From assembly GCA_964252035.1 (NCBI GenBank), contig OZ176201.1: 64,000 bases of DNA. The stretch is one strand, 5' to 3'. The stretch is from Podarcis erhardii (Eukaryota). Shown piece after piece: positions 11,904 through 23,800 of the stretch. How positions within the stretch are numbered: the first letter of the stretch is position 1; each line of letters opens with the position of its first letter. Made by a program: the position numbers and the translations under genes. Under the pieces are notes generated by a model. That model did no database searches. It saw only the letters and a program-made list of their open reading frames with translations, and was not told the DNA's origin.

Positions 11904-12893
11904 GGACACTCTTGGTCCCAGCATGCTCTTATCAATTGCATTTATATCCTGCCTTCCCCCCAAGGATATCAAGATAGTGCACATGGTCCTTCACTGTGAT
12001 GGAGAGATACTGATCGGACTACATGGTCAAGTGGGGATCGAAACGTGGGTACCTTCCATCATAGTTTACCATTCTACCACCTGCCCATTAGCTTACTTCA
12101 TGACTGAGCTGAATTTCCACCCTTCCAGGTATTTGACTCCTCTCCCTTCAGTATTACCCAAGACCACAGAACTCCATATTTTCTCCACAAACATTTAGGC
12201 TACAATCCTTTGTACACTCATTTGGGAGCTGAACGCAGTGGGACTTGCTTTTCGGTAAACATGCAATGATCAAATAGGTTAACCCCTTAGTTCATTCCTC
12301 TTTTCCACACTGATTTCCACATCTTCTTGATTCTTCTCTTTAGTTCTACCTTTTATTCACAGCCCCAGCTATCTTGAGCTGCATTCCTTCTTGACAGTTC
12401 TGGATCCCTGATAACTCCCACCTGCCTGCCATATCTTTGGTACACAGTTGCTCTATTTCTGGACTTGATGCTCCTGCTGTCTGCTTGCCCTTCATGATGA
12501 CTCCCAGCTATTGTGCCTCTCTGCCCCTGCACCACTCTCCTCACAAATACACACTCTCCTCACAAATACACACTCCTCCTCATGCCACTTTGTTCCTTCC
12601 CCCAGGTTCTCTCCCCTTAGCTGCCACACCTAGACATGACTCAGATGTTTTGCCCATTCTCACACAATCTGTAAAGTCCTTGATGAGTTACCTGCCCCAT
12701 GAAGAAGGTTAGGCTGAGACCTATTGGCTCAATTCAGATGCCATAGCCAAGGCTGTCAGAAATTTGCTCTCAGGTCTTCCTCCACCCCTCAGATGTGCCA
12801 ATTCCATCCTCTGCTTCTTGGTTACCAAAGTGTGCCTCCATCATAAAATCCAAAGCCATGGTTTTGAAGTGGATTTCCAATTTGGACAATTTT

Positions 12894-13398
12894 TGTTATG
12901 AGTTGGGAGGGGGTGTCAGTTTGGATGATGCCCGGAGTCCCTTCCAATTCTTGGCATCCTGTGTCTGTGGTATTAGCAAGCTTGCCAAACCAGTTCCTTA
13001 ATTAAGAAAATGGCTTTGGCTGGCTCATTAAGTACCATGATTAGGATAACCCAAAAAGTTGTCCTGTGCCATGGAACAAATGGGTGGGCCTTCAACCCTG
13101 TTCACCTGCTAGATAGGAGAATAACAGCAGAGGTGTGTGCATGTGAATTGGAAGCTGAGGACACAGAGACATGTTTAATCTAAAGCTGTGACTATTGGAG
13201 GAGCAAGATATGTTGGGCTGTTAATGCTGTGAGCCCCTCCATCCTATGTTCAGGTTGTATTTATGTGTAAATAAAAACTATATATCCTAAAGACACCACA
13301 ACCTCCAGTCACCTTCATTCTGAGGAAACCAATCTCTGGGTAAGTGCTTGGAACCCCTGGAATCTCTCACTGCTCAGAGATTGGGGTGGCATGTAACA
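12894..13398 (+). mobile_element. Probable solo LTR
   Basis: TGTTA...TAACA termini, ~505 bp, with AATAAA near 13270 followed by a U5-like segment. No matching TSD found. Confidence 0.45.
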
Positions 13399-16300
13399 GT
13401 ATGGTTAGCAATAACCATAGTTTGTGTTTGGATGCCACAGCAAACTATGGTTACAGCAAGCCAGGAAGGGGAGGAGAAATGTAGAGTGGGGAGTCGTGAG
13501 TCCATAACACATCCCAAACAACCAAACAACGATTGTCCCCATAACCACCCAGTGTGCTTTCATCTGGCTGGTTCAGCCCACAGAGGAATTGTCAGTGACG
13601 GCAAGAGCTTCTTTAGAGGACAGGTATAAATGTCATAATATGTAAAGTAAAAATCAGGGCCACGGATACATTTACACCTAAAAGCTTTATGCATTCCCCT
13701 GGCACTGTAGCTCTAAAGAGGCATAAGCCAGTACCAACCCCTTTCCCTTGAACTCTGATCTCTCCAGATGTATTGGCAGAATCCTTTCTTTTAAAGACCA
13801 TAAGAATGGCATGCAGCATAGGCATAATTCTGATGAAAGCAATTCCCACCAATAATCATCTACAGATAGATGAAGTATGCGTGAAGTCATTTAAAAATGG
13901 AAAACCTAGCGTGATAGGCTCCAAAATACGCAGTAATGGCTGCAGGAGAAGACAGCAGATTTAGAGCTCTGCTAAAATAGCCACTTCTGGCATTAGTGGA
14001 GGTGGTGCTGCAGATAATTGCATATGGCATTCATTACAGATGTGTGTTATAGTTTGCCTGTGCTGCTATGTGTGAGAATATAAAACTGAAGGAAGGGCAA
14101 ACTTGTGTTTTTTGTGCAAATACAATCACTCTAACAGATAATTTGTTTTTGCTTTTAAATGAACAGGTTTGGTATTATTACCCAATATTGCCAAGGAAAC
14201 TAGATTAATAAACCCAAGGGCTTCCAGGAGTCTGTTAGCCTTTTATGCTGGAAGGTGGCAATTCCCATATCCTATGTTAAAGCTGTGTAACATGATACTT
14301 CCTTGCAAGTAACTCCTGTTGTCAAAATTCTCATTTTTGTCACCATTACGTTTATACCCCACTTTTCCTCCAAAGCATACATGGGTCTCCCCCTCTCCCT
14401 TTTCACCCCCAAAAGATCTCTGTGAGGTAATGTGCTGTAAAATGTACTTCGGCAAAGGAGAGGTGTGAGGTGTCATCTTGAAATGGACACACAGTCAAAA
14501 GGCTGTGTAGGTTGCATTTGCACAATGGGAGGGTGGAGCTCATACAGTGTGCATGTACCACCACACCCCTTCTGCCATCCTTCTCATTTCTTCCTTAGAT
14601 TGGGGGGGTGGGGTACCTGGGACCCTTGAAATGTTGCTGGGTGGGTAGGCAGGGGCTGGTGGGAGCTGGAATCCTACAACCAGTTTGTGGAAAGCTGCCC
14701 TTTAACAACCGGACAAGTTTTCCTTATCTAGAATGGTCAAGGCAAGACTGAAGGCTGAGATCTGACAAATCTAGAGGGAAGACACTGAAGAGGAACAACC
14801 ACCATAGGACTTGTGACATTCTTTGTTGACACATCATGACAGTCACCAGAAACCTTCCTAGTGTTCCCCCATCTCCCCTCTTTTCTTCATAATGTTTTAC
14901 AGTAAACCAAGTGTAGAGAATATTTGTTTTGTCATTTGAGGAAATGCAGAGCCGAGCTGGATGGAAATGGGCAGTTCTAACTCACCTAATGTAATCTGCT
15001 CCATCAGAGATTTGGAAGGCAATGTGTAAGCAGAGTCTGAAAGACATAAGGTTGTGGCAAACCAGCCGGGCAAGCTGATATATTCAACAGGGAAGCTAAC
15101 ACCTACTTGCTGTTGTTGTTTCTCCTCACATTGTTTATAGACTCACACCCATAGATATGCACATTGTCTTAATCATTGCAGAAGGGCAAGTAAAGCTGCA
15201 TTCTGATCGAGTGTAGCAGCTAAGCAACCTCACTGAGTTTGATGTTCAAAACAAGCTTTTTCACACCCGGCCCTTTGAACATGGCTTCCATCATGGAAAA
15301 ATCATGAATGCTGTCATTACGTGTCTGGTCACTGTCTGGTGTGGCTTCAGAATAAATGTAACAACTACAGCACAATTACCATTTGCACACCCTTTTCATA
15401 TTCCCATGGCTCTTTCCCCCTTGGTGAGAGGTGCGTTGCCTCGTTTTTTGTATGGTTAATTTCAAAGGTGGGGTGAGAGATGTGGGAGGAACATTATGGG
15501 AATTATATAAAACATCTATTGTTTGCCTCACTAATAAAACAGGATCCAAACCAGTTTCCAGCCTCTGGCAACAGTGCTGTTGGTGTAACAAATAATGTTG
15601 CTTTTCAAGTACATCTGGTCTGGTGATTTCAGCAACACTTTGCTTCCCACATCTGACCTGTATACTATTTGCACTTTAAACTGATTTGTTTCTTTTACTC
15701 ATTGAGCATCTGACAGTAGCCTTTTGATCCTTTGACCTCCCAAGACACACAAACTCCCTCAGATTTACTCAATTTCAATTTACTTAAGTATTTTATCACT
15801 TTTTGTCTCCCTCCCTTTTTAAAGAACTTTGTGTTCAAGATAATCAAGGGATGGAAGCAAGGTCTGATTTTTATACATACTAGGCTTGTCTCATTTAAAA
15901 CTTTTTTTGCCATCCTCAATACTTTAGCAATAGAGCAGTAAAAAATGTAATTGTTATCGCTTACATTTTTGAAAAATAATTCCGAAGTTGGTGTAGCTTA
16001 TTACTACTTTTGAAAAAGAAAAGCAAGATAGAAATATTAAAGTAAATGAGGGGCCATAGCTCCAGGGCCAGATTAATGCCTTTAGAGGCCCTAAGCAATG
16101 AAAAGTTTATGGTGTCCACCATATACAATTCAAAATAAAAACAATACTAAATGGTAAAATAAATTTATATTTTTTCAAATGACACAAAACTTACACGTAT
16201 GCTGAAATCTACATGCATGTATCTCATGTGCAACACATTACAGGAACTGATTTTCTCAGATTATATTAATCTATGTTAGTAGGATCTTTTCTGGTTTAGG

Positions 16301-17810
16301 TGAGGATAAGTAACAATATAAGAACAGAAAAATGGGGGGAATTGTGTAATGGAGTGTAAGGAAGTCTAAGAAAGTTCAGGTTTTCCCCATAATGTTTGCT
16401 TTGATGCTTCAGTGCTTTCTCTGAAATATCAAATGTCAAATTCTTTCCAAAAATTATCTCTGTGTGTGTGTGTACCACTGTTTTGCTGGTGCCTAAGCAC
16501 GTCCTTCATTTGCCTCTTGGGTAATCCAGCACTGCATAACTCAATGGTAAAGGGAGCATTTTTCAAGAAAAAGGCCCCAAGTGGGGCCAGGAAACGCCTC
16601 TCTCTAAAACCCTGGACAGCTACTGCCAAGTTCAGTGTAGACCACTGGTCTTTAACTGGTGGGTTGGGACTAACTAGTAGGTTGTGGCATGATCCAAGTT
16701 GGGTCACAACAGGATCACGACCACTTTGCAAATACATGGTAAAAGATGAAGAAAGGGGTCCCCAAATGCCTGTTGGGGATAAAAGTACGTCCTGAGTATG
16801 AAAAGGTTGGAGATATCTGGTGTAGACAATACTGAGCTAAATTATCTAGCCCAGTGGAAGGCAGCTTCCTGTGTTCCTAAATAAAGGAATGAAACAATGG
16901 AGATGAATGAATGACTTATCATTAAATCCAAAGGCATTGCACCCATGTTACAGGCAAAAGTATCTAAAACCAAGGTGGTGTGCAGGCACACAACCAGGAA
17001 CTGAGTAGATCTTTACCTGCTTAGCTTCAGCAAGGAAGGGGCCTTGTGTGTCTCTTCACACCATTCCCTGGAATTTTTATATCCCTTATCTGCCTTTCTT
17101 GATTTGAACGATAATTTCTTACTCGTCTTTTGGACACTGGAAGAAAACTGGAGAGGGCAGTTAGGATAGTTATAGAACTAAGAAAATGGTGGTGCAGTGG
17201 GAAGAATATTAAAACTCTCTTTCACATGCAAGGACTTTCTTTCAAATGCAAGGACTGTAGTTTGCTTCAAAAATGTCTGCATCTAATAATAAGTAGAAAA
17301 CACAAGTGTTTTGTTTACTTCAGAAATTATGCATACAGCCCCTGGAAACTGAGCATGGTGTTCAGGCAAGTATTTGCCGTAGTTATTATTAGATGCAGAC
17401 ATTTCTGAAACAAACCAGATTATAAACAGCTTGTATCCTTCCCACCTTCTCCTGTGGGGGAAGACTGGAACTAAGCATCTTGATCTGACTCTATAGGTCC
17501 CAAGAAGGGGGTGGAAAATATAATCTAAGGAGTCGAAGATCTGGCCACATCCTCTAATATCCTGAGAGTTCGCCAATGATGATGCAGTTATTTCTGATAC
17601 TGAATCAAAGGTTCTCTTAGGACCACGCTTCACCACCCAATGAATCAACAGTATCTCCAGAACTGATCCCAGTCCTTAAGGGCTGCTGAGAACAGGGACC
17701 AAATCCTGATTCCTAAAATGATACTTCATAACTCTTGTCACTGTTCCACCACATCTGTACGGTCCCTTTAGACAGCTTTAGATGCCCCCTGAAGCTTGGT
17801 TGCACTTACG

Positions 17811-18200
17811 TGTCATGGGACAGGAGTCGGCCTCACCTGCTGAACAGCAGTCTGAAGGCAGAGAAGGCAGATTGACTCCACCTTCAGCTGTTCAGCCTTC
17901 AAGGACTCAGAGGAGAAGGCGCTGATGAGAACCAACTGGCTTCATCCTTCTTAAGCAGAACTTCCAGCAGCAGTCAGATGCTGGAAACAGCACATGTAGT
18001 TCCTGGTCCGACCTTCCTGCTTGTCCATTGCTCATTGGATTCCCTGACCCCTGAACCATCTGACCATGTGGATTACTGTTTGCCTGACCCTAGGACTGGA
18101 TCTGACTTTGGATGCTGACTCTGCCCCAGACACTTCTGGTTAGCTGGCCTCCCACTCCACTGAACTCTGCAGGTTGTGGCTCAGCAACGAGACTACAACA
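17811..18200 (+). mobile_element. Possible solo LTR (Gypsy-like)
   Basis: TGTCA...ACA ends and repeated GACCC/GACT motifs in the 3' half. No TSD found. Confidence 0.3.
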
Positions 18201-19035
18201 TCATGCTACTGTTTAAAAAGACTCTGTTACTGAAAATTCTGTGTGTGCCTGTTTTTCTGTGTCCAAGGCAAAGTCCTAGCTTGGGGCGGCGGGGGGGGGG
18301 GGGAGGCTAGCCAGGTTTTCAGCCCCAGGTGAAGCCTCCAGAGGGGCCTCACTGAGGCTCCCAGCCTGTGTGTGTGTGTACGCAAATGTGCATGGGGGTT
18401 ACCAAACTGGGTCTTTAACCCCAATGAAATAAAGCCTAGTTTTGCCACTGTCCAAGGAAGCCTAGTCATGTCTCCATACATTTAAGAGCTCAAAAGGGCC
18501 TGTCCTTCATTGACACAACTACATTGCTGGCCACCCTCAGCCTTAACTTGCTTCTGTTATCCCGGAGGAGCTTCCTTGAGACTGTCAGCCTTAGATAGGA
18601 TGCCTCTGCTGTCTCTGTCCTGTGATGCAAGACAGTAACCAAGCCTGATCTAGAAGGGCATTGTCTCACTCCTCCAATCCTTTGCTTCTCACATCTTGTG
18701 CCCATTCAGACAACATATATCATTCTAGATACCAAGAACCTCCATCTACCAGTTGGCACACAGGATCTACAATCCCTGTAGACTTGTGATCAGTCAGCAG
18801 CTTCAGAGGACATGGACAAGACAGAATTGCACTCATTTCCAAGTTTCTTTTCTTATCACAGAGACTTCAGCAGTCTTCCAGTTTGACCAATTTACCTGTT
18901 GTCAATAATGTACTTATTATCAGCAATTTTTGTCTGTTTACCAGGCCTAGAATTACTATTTTAATGCCTGGTTTCACAACTTTCACTCGGGGGGGGGGGG
19001 ACACACACAGAGACATATTTGAACAACCAATTAAT

Positions 19036-19299
19036 GCTGAATTCCTATGCATGTTTACTTGGGTGTAAGCTCCACTGTAAGCAATGGAGCCTTCTCTTCA
19101 ATAAGCATGTTTAGGATTGAAGCATAAGGCCCACTGAACTTGGTGATGAAGTAAACCTGAATAGGATCATACTGCAAGAAAATATAACTTTAAGGCCATT
19201 ATTTCATACATTTAGGTAACAATCCTAACCATGGTTCTCTGGGAGTAAGCCCCTTTGGATTCAGTAGGCCTTACTTCTGAATAGATATGGCTAGGATTG
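19036..19299. repeat. Two adjacent copies (19036-19124, 19220-19299) of an ~85-bp palindromic dispersed repeat
   Basis: Both have AATCCTA...GTAAG...CTTAC/TT...TAGGATTG inverted symmetry. Similar degenerate copies near 22330, 23135 and 27400. Confidence 0.55.
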
Positions 19300-20229
19300 C
19301 TCTGTTTCTGAAGTTTAAGCACATGCTTAATTCCCAGTGTTTTGCTGTGAGTTAAGCAAATGTCCTAAATCCATTCATTTATTATGAGAGGCCCTGAAAA
19401 AAATGCAGTGTCAGATGAAGGGGTGGCCATCTGCATTACACCTACAGTAAGTAGACTCAGAAGATGATCTCACATATATGCAACCACATGCCACTGACCA
19501 TTACAGGAGGTCAACAAAACACTTCCAGTGTTGTTAATTTCCTCCCTTCCCCCTTCCACTAGGTAAGTATGCTGCCTTTGCTTCTTTGAATTACTACTGA
19601 TGCTGTTTTGCAACTGGTACTTAAGGGTTTTTGAGGTGGTTGCATTAAATCTGCCATCCAGCAGAGCTGAAATCCTAGTGGTTAAATAGGTACTTCAAAA
19701 AGTACAATTGGGTGTAAGGTTTCTTGCAGCAATCAAACTGGGGGTTGATTATGTAGGTATGAGAGTTTACTCATATCTAGAAAAGCTGCTGAAGCTATGA
19801 TTTCTTCCTTTCTTCCGAAACCTGTGCTATGTGCTGGCACATCTACACAAATGGCTTACACAACATTCTTGCAATAGTTATGTGCTGTTGTGCTACAACT
19901 AGTCACGCCCAATTCTAAATGTGAATAAACTGGCATAGCAGGTCCTGGGACCAGGCCACAAACCTGATGGTTTATTTGCTAAATAAGGAGGAAGCAGTAA
20001 TAGAAAGATCTATTGTCAACCAGCTACCAGTACTGTATTCAATGGGCACATTCCTTTCTCTTTGCTACATTGATATTACATTTGCTCCCTGTCTTATTCT
20101 GTTTCCAAGCACATTGCCCTTAGTGTATTTCTGCTATGTCTATATTACCGTATAAAAGGAAGAGGACCTGGCACTATGTAAAAAAATTCCTTCCAGTAGC
20201 ACCTTAAAGACCAACTGAGTTAGTTCTAG

Positions 20230-20267
20230 GTATGAGCTTTCGTGTGCATGCACACTTCTTCAGATAC
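20230..20267 (-). ncRNA. Minimal type I hammerhead ribozyme motif in the PLE terminal repeat
   Basis: Minus strand reads GUAU-CUGAAGA-A-GUGUGCAUGCACAC-GAAA-GC-UC-AUAC: conserved core, palindromic stem II, AGCU palindromic stem III and a 4-bp stem I (GUAU/AUAC). Confidence 0.75.
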
Positions 20268-20447
20268 ACTGAAACAGAAGTCACCGGACCTTTCTATATA
20301 GTGAGAAGGTGGGGAGGGGTATTACTCAGAAGGGTGGTGGGAATGGGTGATTGGCAGATAGCTGCGATGAGCCTGTTGACGACTCTTAACGACTGCAATA
20401 GGTCTAACAGGAAAAAGCAAGGGGTGAGAAGGTGAAAAATGGCTTTG

Positions 20448-20861
20448 TCATGTATAATGAGATAAGAATCCAATGTCTTTGTTCAAACCAGGTCTCTCTA
20501 TAGTTTTAAGTTTGGTGATAAGTTGCAATTCAGCAGCTTCTCTTTCCAGTCTATTTCTGAAATTCCTTTGTAATAGAACAGCTACTTTGAGATCTTGTAT
20601 AGAATGTCCTGGGAGATTGAAGTGTTCTCCTACTGGTTTTTCTGTCTTGTGGTTCCTGATGTCGGATTTATGTCCGTTTATTCTTTGGCGTAAGGTCTGG
20701 CCTGTTTGTCCAATATAGAGAGCTGAAGGACACTGTTGGCATTTTATGGCATACACAATGTTAGACGATGAGCAATTAAATAGTCCCGAGATGGTATGTG
20801 TGATGTTGTTGGGGCCAGTAATGGTGTTGTCCGGGTGTATGTGGCAGCAAAGTTGGCATCT
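20448..20861 (-). pseudogene. Penelope-like GIY-YIG endonuclease domain (truncated ORF remnant, frame still open)
   Basis: Manual translation: RCQLCCHIHPDNTITGPNNITHTISGLFNCSSSNIVYAIKCQQCPSALYIGQTGQTLRQRINGHKSDIRNHKTEKPVGEHFNLPGH...ELQLITKL...GLN*. The VYAI..YIGQT motif with interleaved CxxC and downstream His residues is the PLE CCHH signature. Confidence 0.9.
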
Positions 20862-23800
20862 GGTGCTACTGGAGCACCATTAAGGTGCTACTGGAAGGAA
20901 TTTTTTTATTTTGTTTTGACCATGGCAGACCAACACGGCTACCTATCTGTAACTGGCACTATGTAGATATGCTTCATTTTACCAGGTTCTAAAAGTAACA
21001 TTGAATTTAAGCTCAAACACTAAAGAGGCGTGTGGGGAAGGGGAATCCCATGACGCTCTCACTTGTCTCTCTAGATCATTTTGATGCTTGTGTGTTCCAT
21101 TTAAAAGAATAATCGGCAAATGGCTTATTATCAAGAAAAAGTTATTTGTTTGCACTAATCAAGCCTTAAACTTGGAAGTGTAATGCAGAACTAATTCCTT
21201 TTAACTAACTAATCAACATGTTTCATTTATAAGTTGGGATTTATCAATATAGCACATGAAAGGAGAGAACATATTATTATTTCAATTTAGATAATATGCA
21301 AAAAGCACTGTGTTTGTAATGACCTGCTTTCACTGAATATAATCAAGCTGCAAAGCTCTATTACAGGCTGGAAATAGCAGCAGCTTACTTTAATGAGATT
21401 GCTGGCTCTGGGCCCCAGCTGTTCTGTGCAGGGCTGTCCCCTTGCTCTATGACCTACCAATATGTGCTGTCACCAGTAATGAGACAGACCTGGTTCCCTA
21501 ACATGGGGGGAGAAAACTACTAAGCATGTGCTCTTTCTACCATCCCAGCAGACACCCCAGATTCTTTTTCTCCCCAATGAAGGGAAAAGTGGAATATTAA
21601 ACATGCAACCACTCTCTTCCACAAGCCGGCCTTTGTTGCCTGAAATAAACCCTGCAAGCCAGAAGATTCAGAATCTTAAGCCGAAGATTTTCATTTTGCT
21701 GCTCCAAAGTGCATTTAAGAATTGCTACTTACTGGGTATTATGTGCCGTTATATGCCAATAGGGCACAGTTCAATATGGCTTTGTCCCCAAAGGCTCCTG
21801 AACCCTCTGGTATTTTGCAATGTATGGCAAAACGTGTGATTATACACATTTTAGAGTGGGGTGTGAATTCTATGGATTTTGTGGGTTTATGATAGATCAA
21901 AAGCTGCAATGGAAATGTGCCAGGAGTTGAAAAATCTGCACCTGATCTGCATAAAACACAGCAGATTGCAGATGCTCTGGTTGTTAATACAGAGAATACA
22001 GCCTAGAGACTACCAGTCCCATCAAGCAATTATCCATCTTCATCAGAGAAGCCGCCTCAGTATGATCAAGAGAGAATCTAGGATTTTCAGGCATGTAGCC
22101 TCTGAATGCTCCAGCGTTGAAATCTGACATTGGAGACTCTTTAAAGGCTTTGTTGTAAAACACCGAGATAAACAGGCCGTAATGTATATGCAATTCACAA
22201 AACCTTCATGCCTATGTTACATTGGGGTGCATTCTGAAAAAAACCTAATGCAACACTATTTTAGTTTGCTGTTTCATTTGTTTTGTATCTGCAGAAAGTT
22301 ATACCCTCCCACCACACACTTAGCTGCAAGCTTATATCCGCTTACTTGGGAGTAAGTGCCATTCAACTCAACACAGCTTACCTCTGTGAGTAGACATACA
22401 GTGCTGGACATCACTGGTACATAAGATCAAAACAGTATTCTGTAGTTTTATCCCAGATATATTTGCTAAGGCTGATTGAGATGGGAGGCTTCCGTGGAAT
22501 TAATTGCCAGACTTTTGTGTACATCGATGTGAGTACCACCACTCTTAAAATGCTACCTATTTCTGGGTCTAAATTATTTATGCATTTGTTATATATTACA
22601 TGAGCTGTTAAACCTGGGGCATTTTTGCCGCGTCAGGCCATTCTCAAGAAGCACATTACATACAATGAATCTCTTCCACTACATTAAAGAACGGGCAAAT
22701 ACAACTGCATGTGATACCATTCATTAATATTACATAATTACTACATCTGAAATAGTTCTTTGGGCACTGATGTCTTTAAAAGAGAGAGGGGGGAGAGAGG
22801 GAGGAAGGGAGAGAAAGAGACTGAAGGCTGCAAGGCAGTGAATTCTATTAAACGCTTGTTTAACATATGAGGGTATATAAATACATAGTACCTTAATGCA
22901 ATCACAGAAAAATAGCAAAGATGGCTTTATTAAATGATGCTATTAGCACATATAATGTGCCCTATGCAGAATTTAAATGGTTTACTGAGCTTATAGAACA
23001 AGTCTTTGCTGTTGCAGTGGATGATCAGGGACACAACATAATGCAGGAATCCAGATCTGCAATTCCAGTTTGCCTCAGACAAAAGGCTGTGAGTGTTTAA
23101 GAGAGATCACTTATAGTGTTGCTGTGGTCTAAGGCGGCAATCCTACACACCCATTCATAAACACCCACAGACACTTAGCTAGGAGGTAGATCACCATGAA
23201 CAAAATGGGATGGCCCCCACCGACCAGCAAGTAAAACATGCATAGGACTGCACTGGAAAATATGCAATTTGGAAACAAAAGATTTTCCTTAAATTTGGTC
23301 TATTCTATATTAGCTACTGCTTGGTTGCCTGGAGATAACTCAATCAGAGATAGCTGAGGGAGGAGAAAGTGAATGATGCTGAGTCTTTTCTTCTGTCAGA
23401 TGTCCTTTCTACCATTGTACACAAAGACTACTTGCCATACGTGGCATATTAGAGATGTCACTCAGAAATGTGAATGATGAACATAGTGGCCTCCCAGCCC
23501 AAGCTGCACTTGACCATCCAAAAAAATGGCTACAGAGTTCCAGCCACCAAATAATGACTACTTCAAACATTGGAAACTTCAAATATAGAAAACTGATTTG
23601 GTCTAGAAAAGAAATGGATGCTTAGTTTATACAAACAGATGCCCTCACTCCAATATGGCACTCCTTTATTTCTAGGCTAAGAAGATTGGATCCTTTCGTA
23701 TTTGTAGAATAGGAGGCTGTATGTTAAAACAAATAAAGTGATAAAATCAGCAAAACAAAACACAGTTAAAGAAGCATATGTGGCCACTATCAGCAACTGA

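Larger units (their letters stand above)
20181..20952 (-). mobile_element. 5'-truncated Penelope-like retroelement (Poseidon-type) with an inverted terminal segment
   Basis: 13-bp TSD CTGGCACTATGTA at 20168-20180 and 20953-20965. Contains a GIY-YIG ORF end. AAAAAATTCCTTCCAGTAGCACCTTAA (~20181-20207) recurs inverted at ~20880-20906. Confidence 0.9.
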
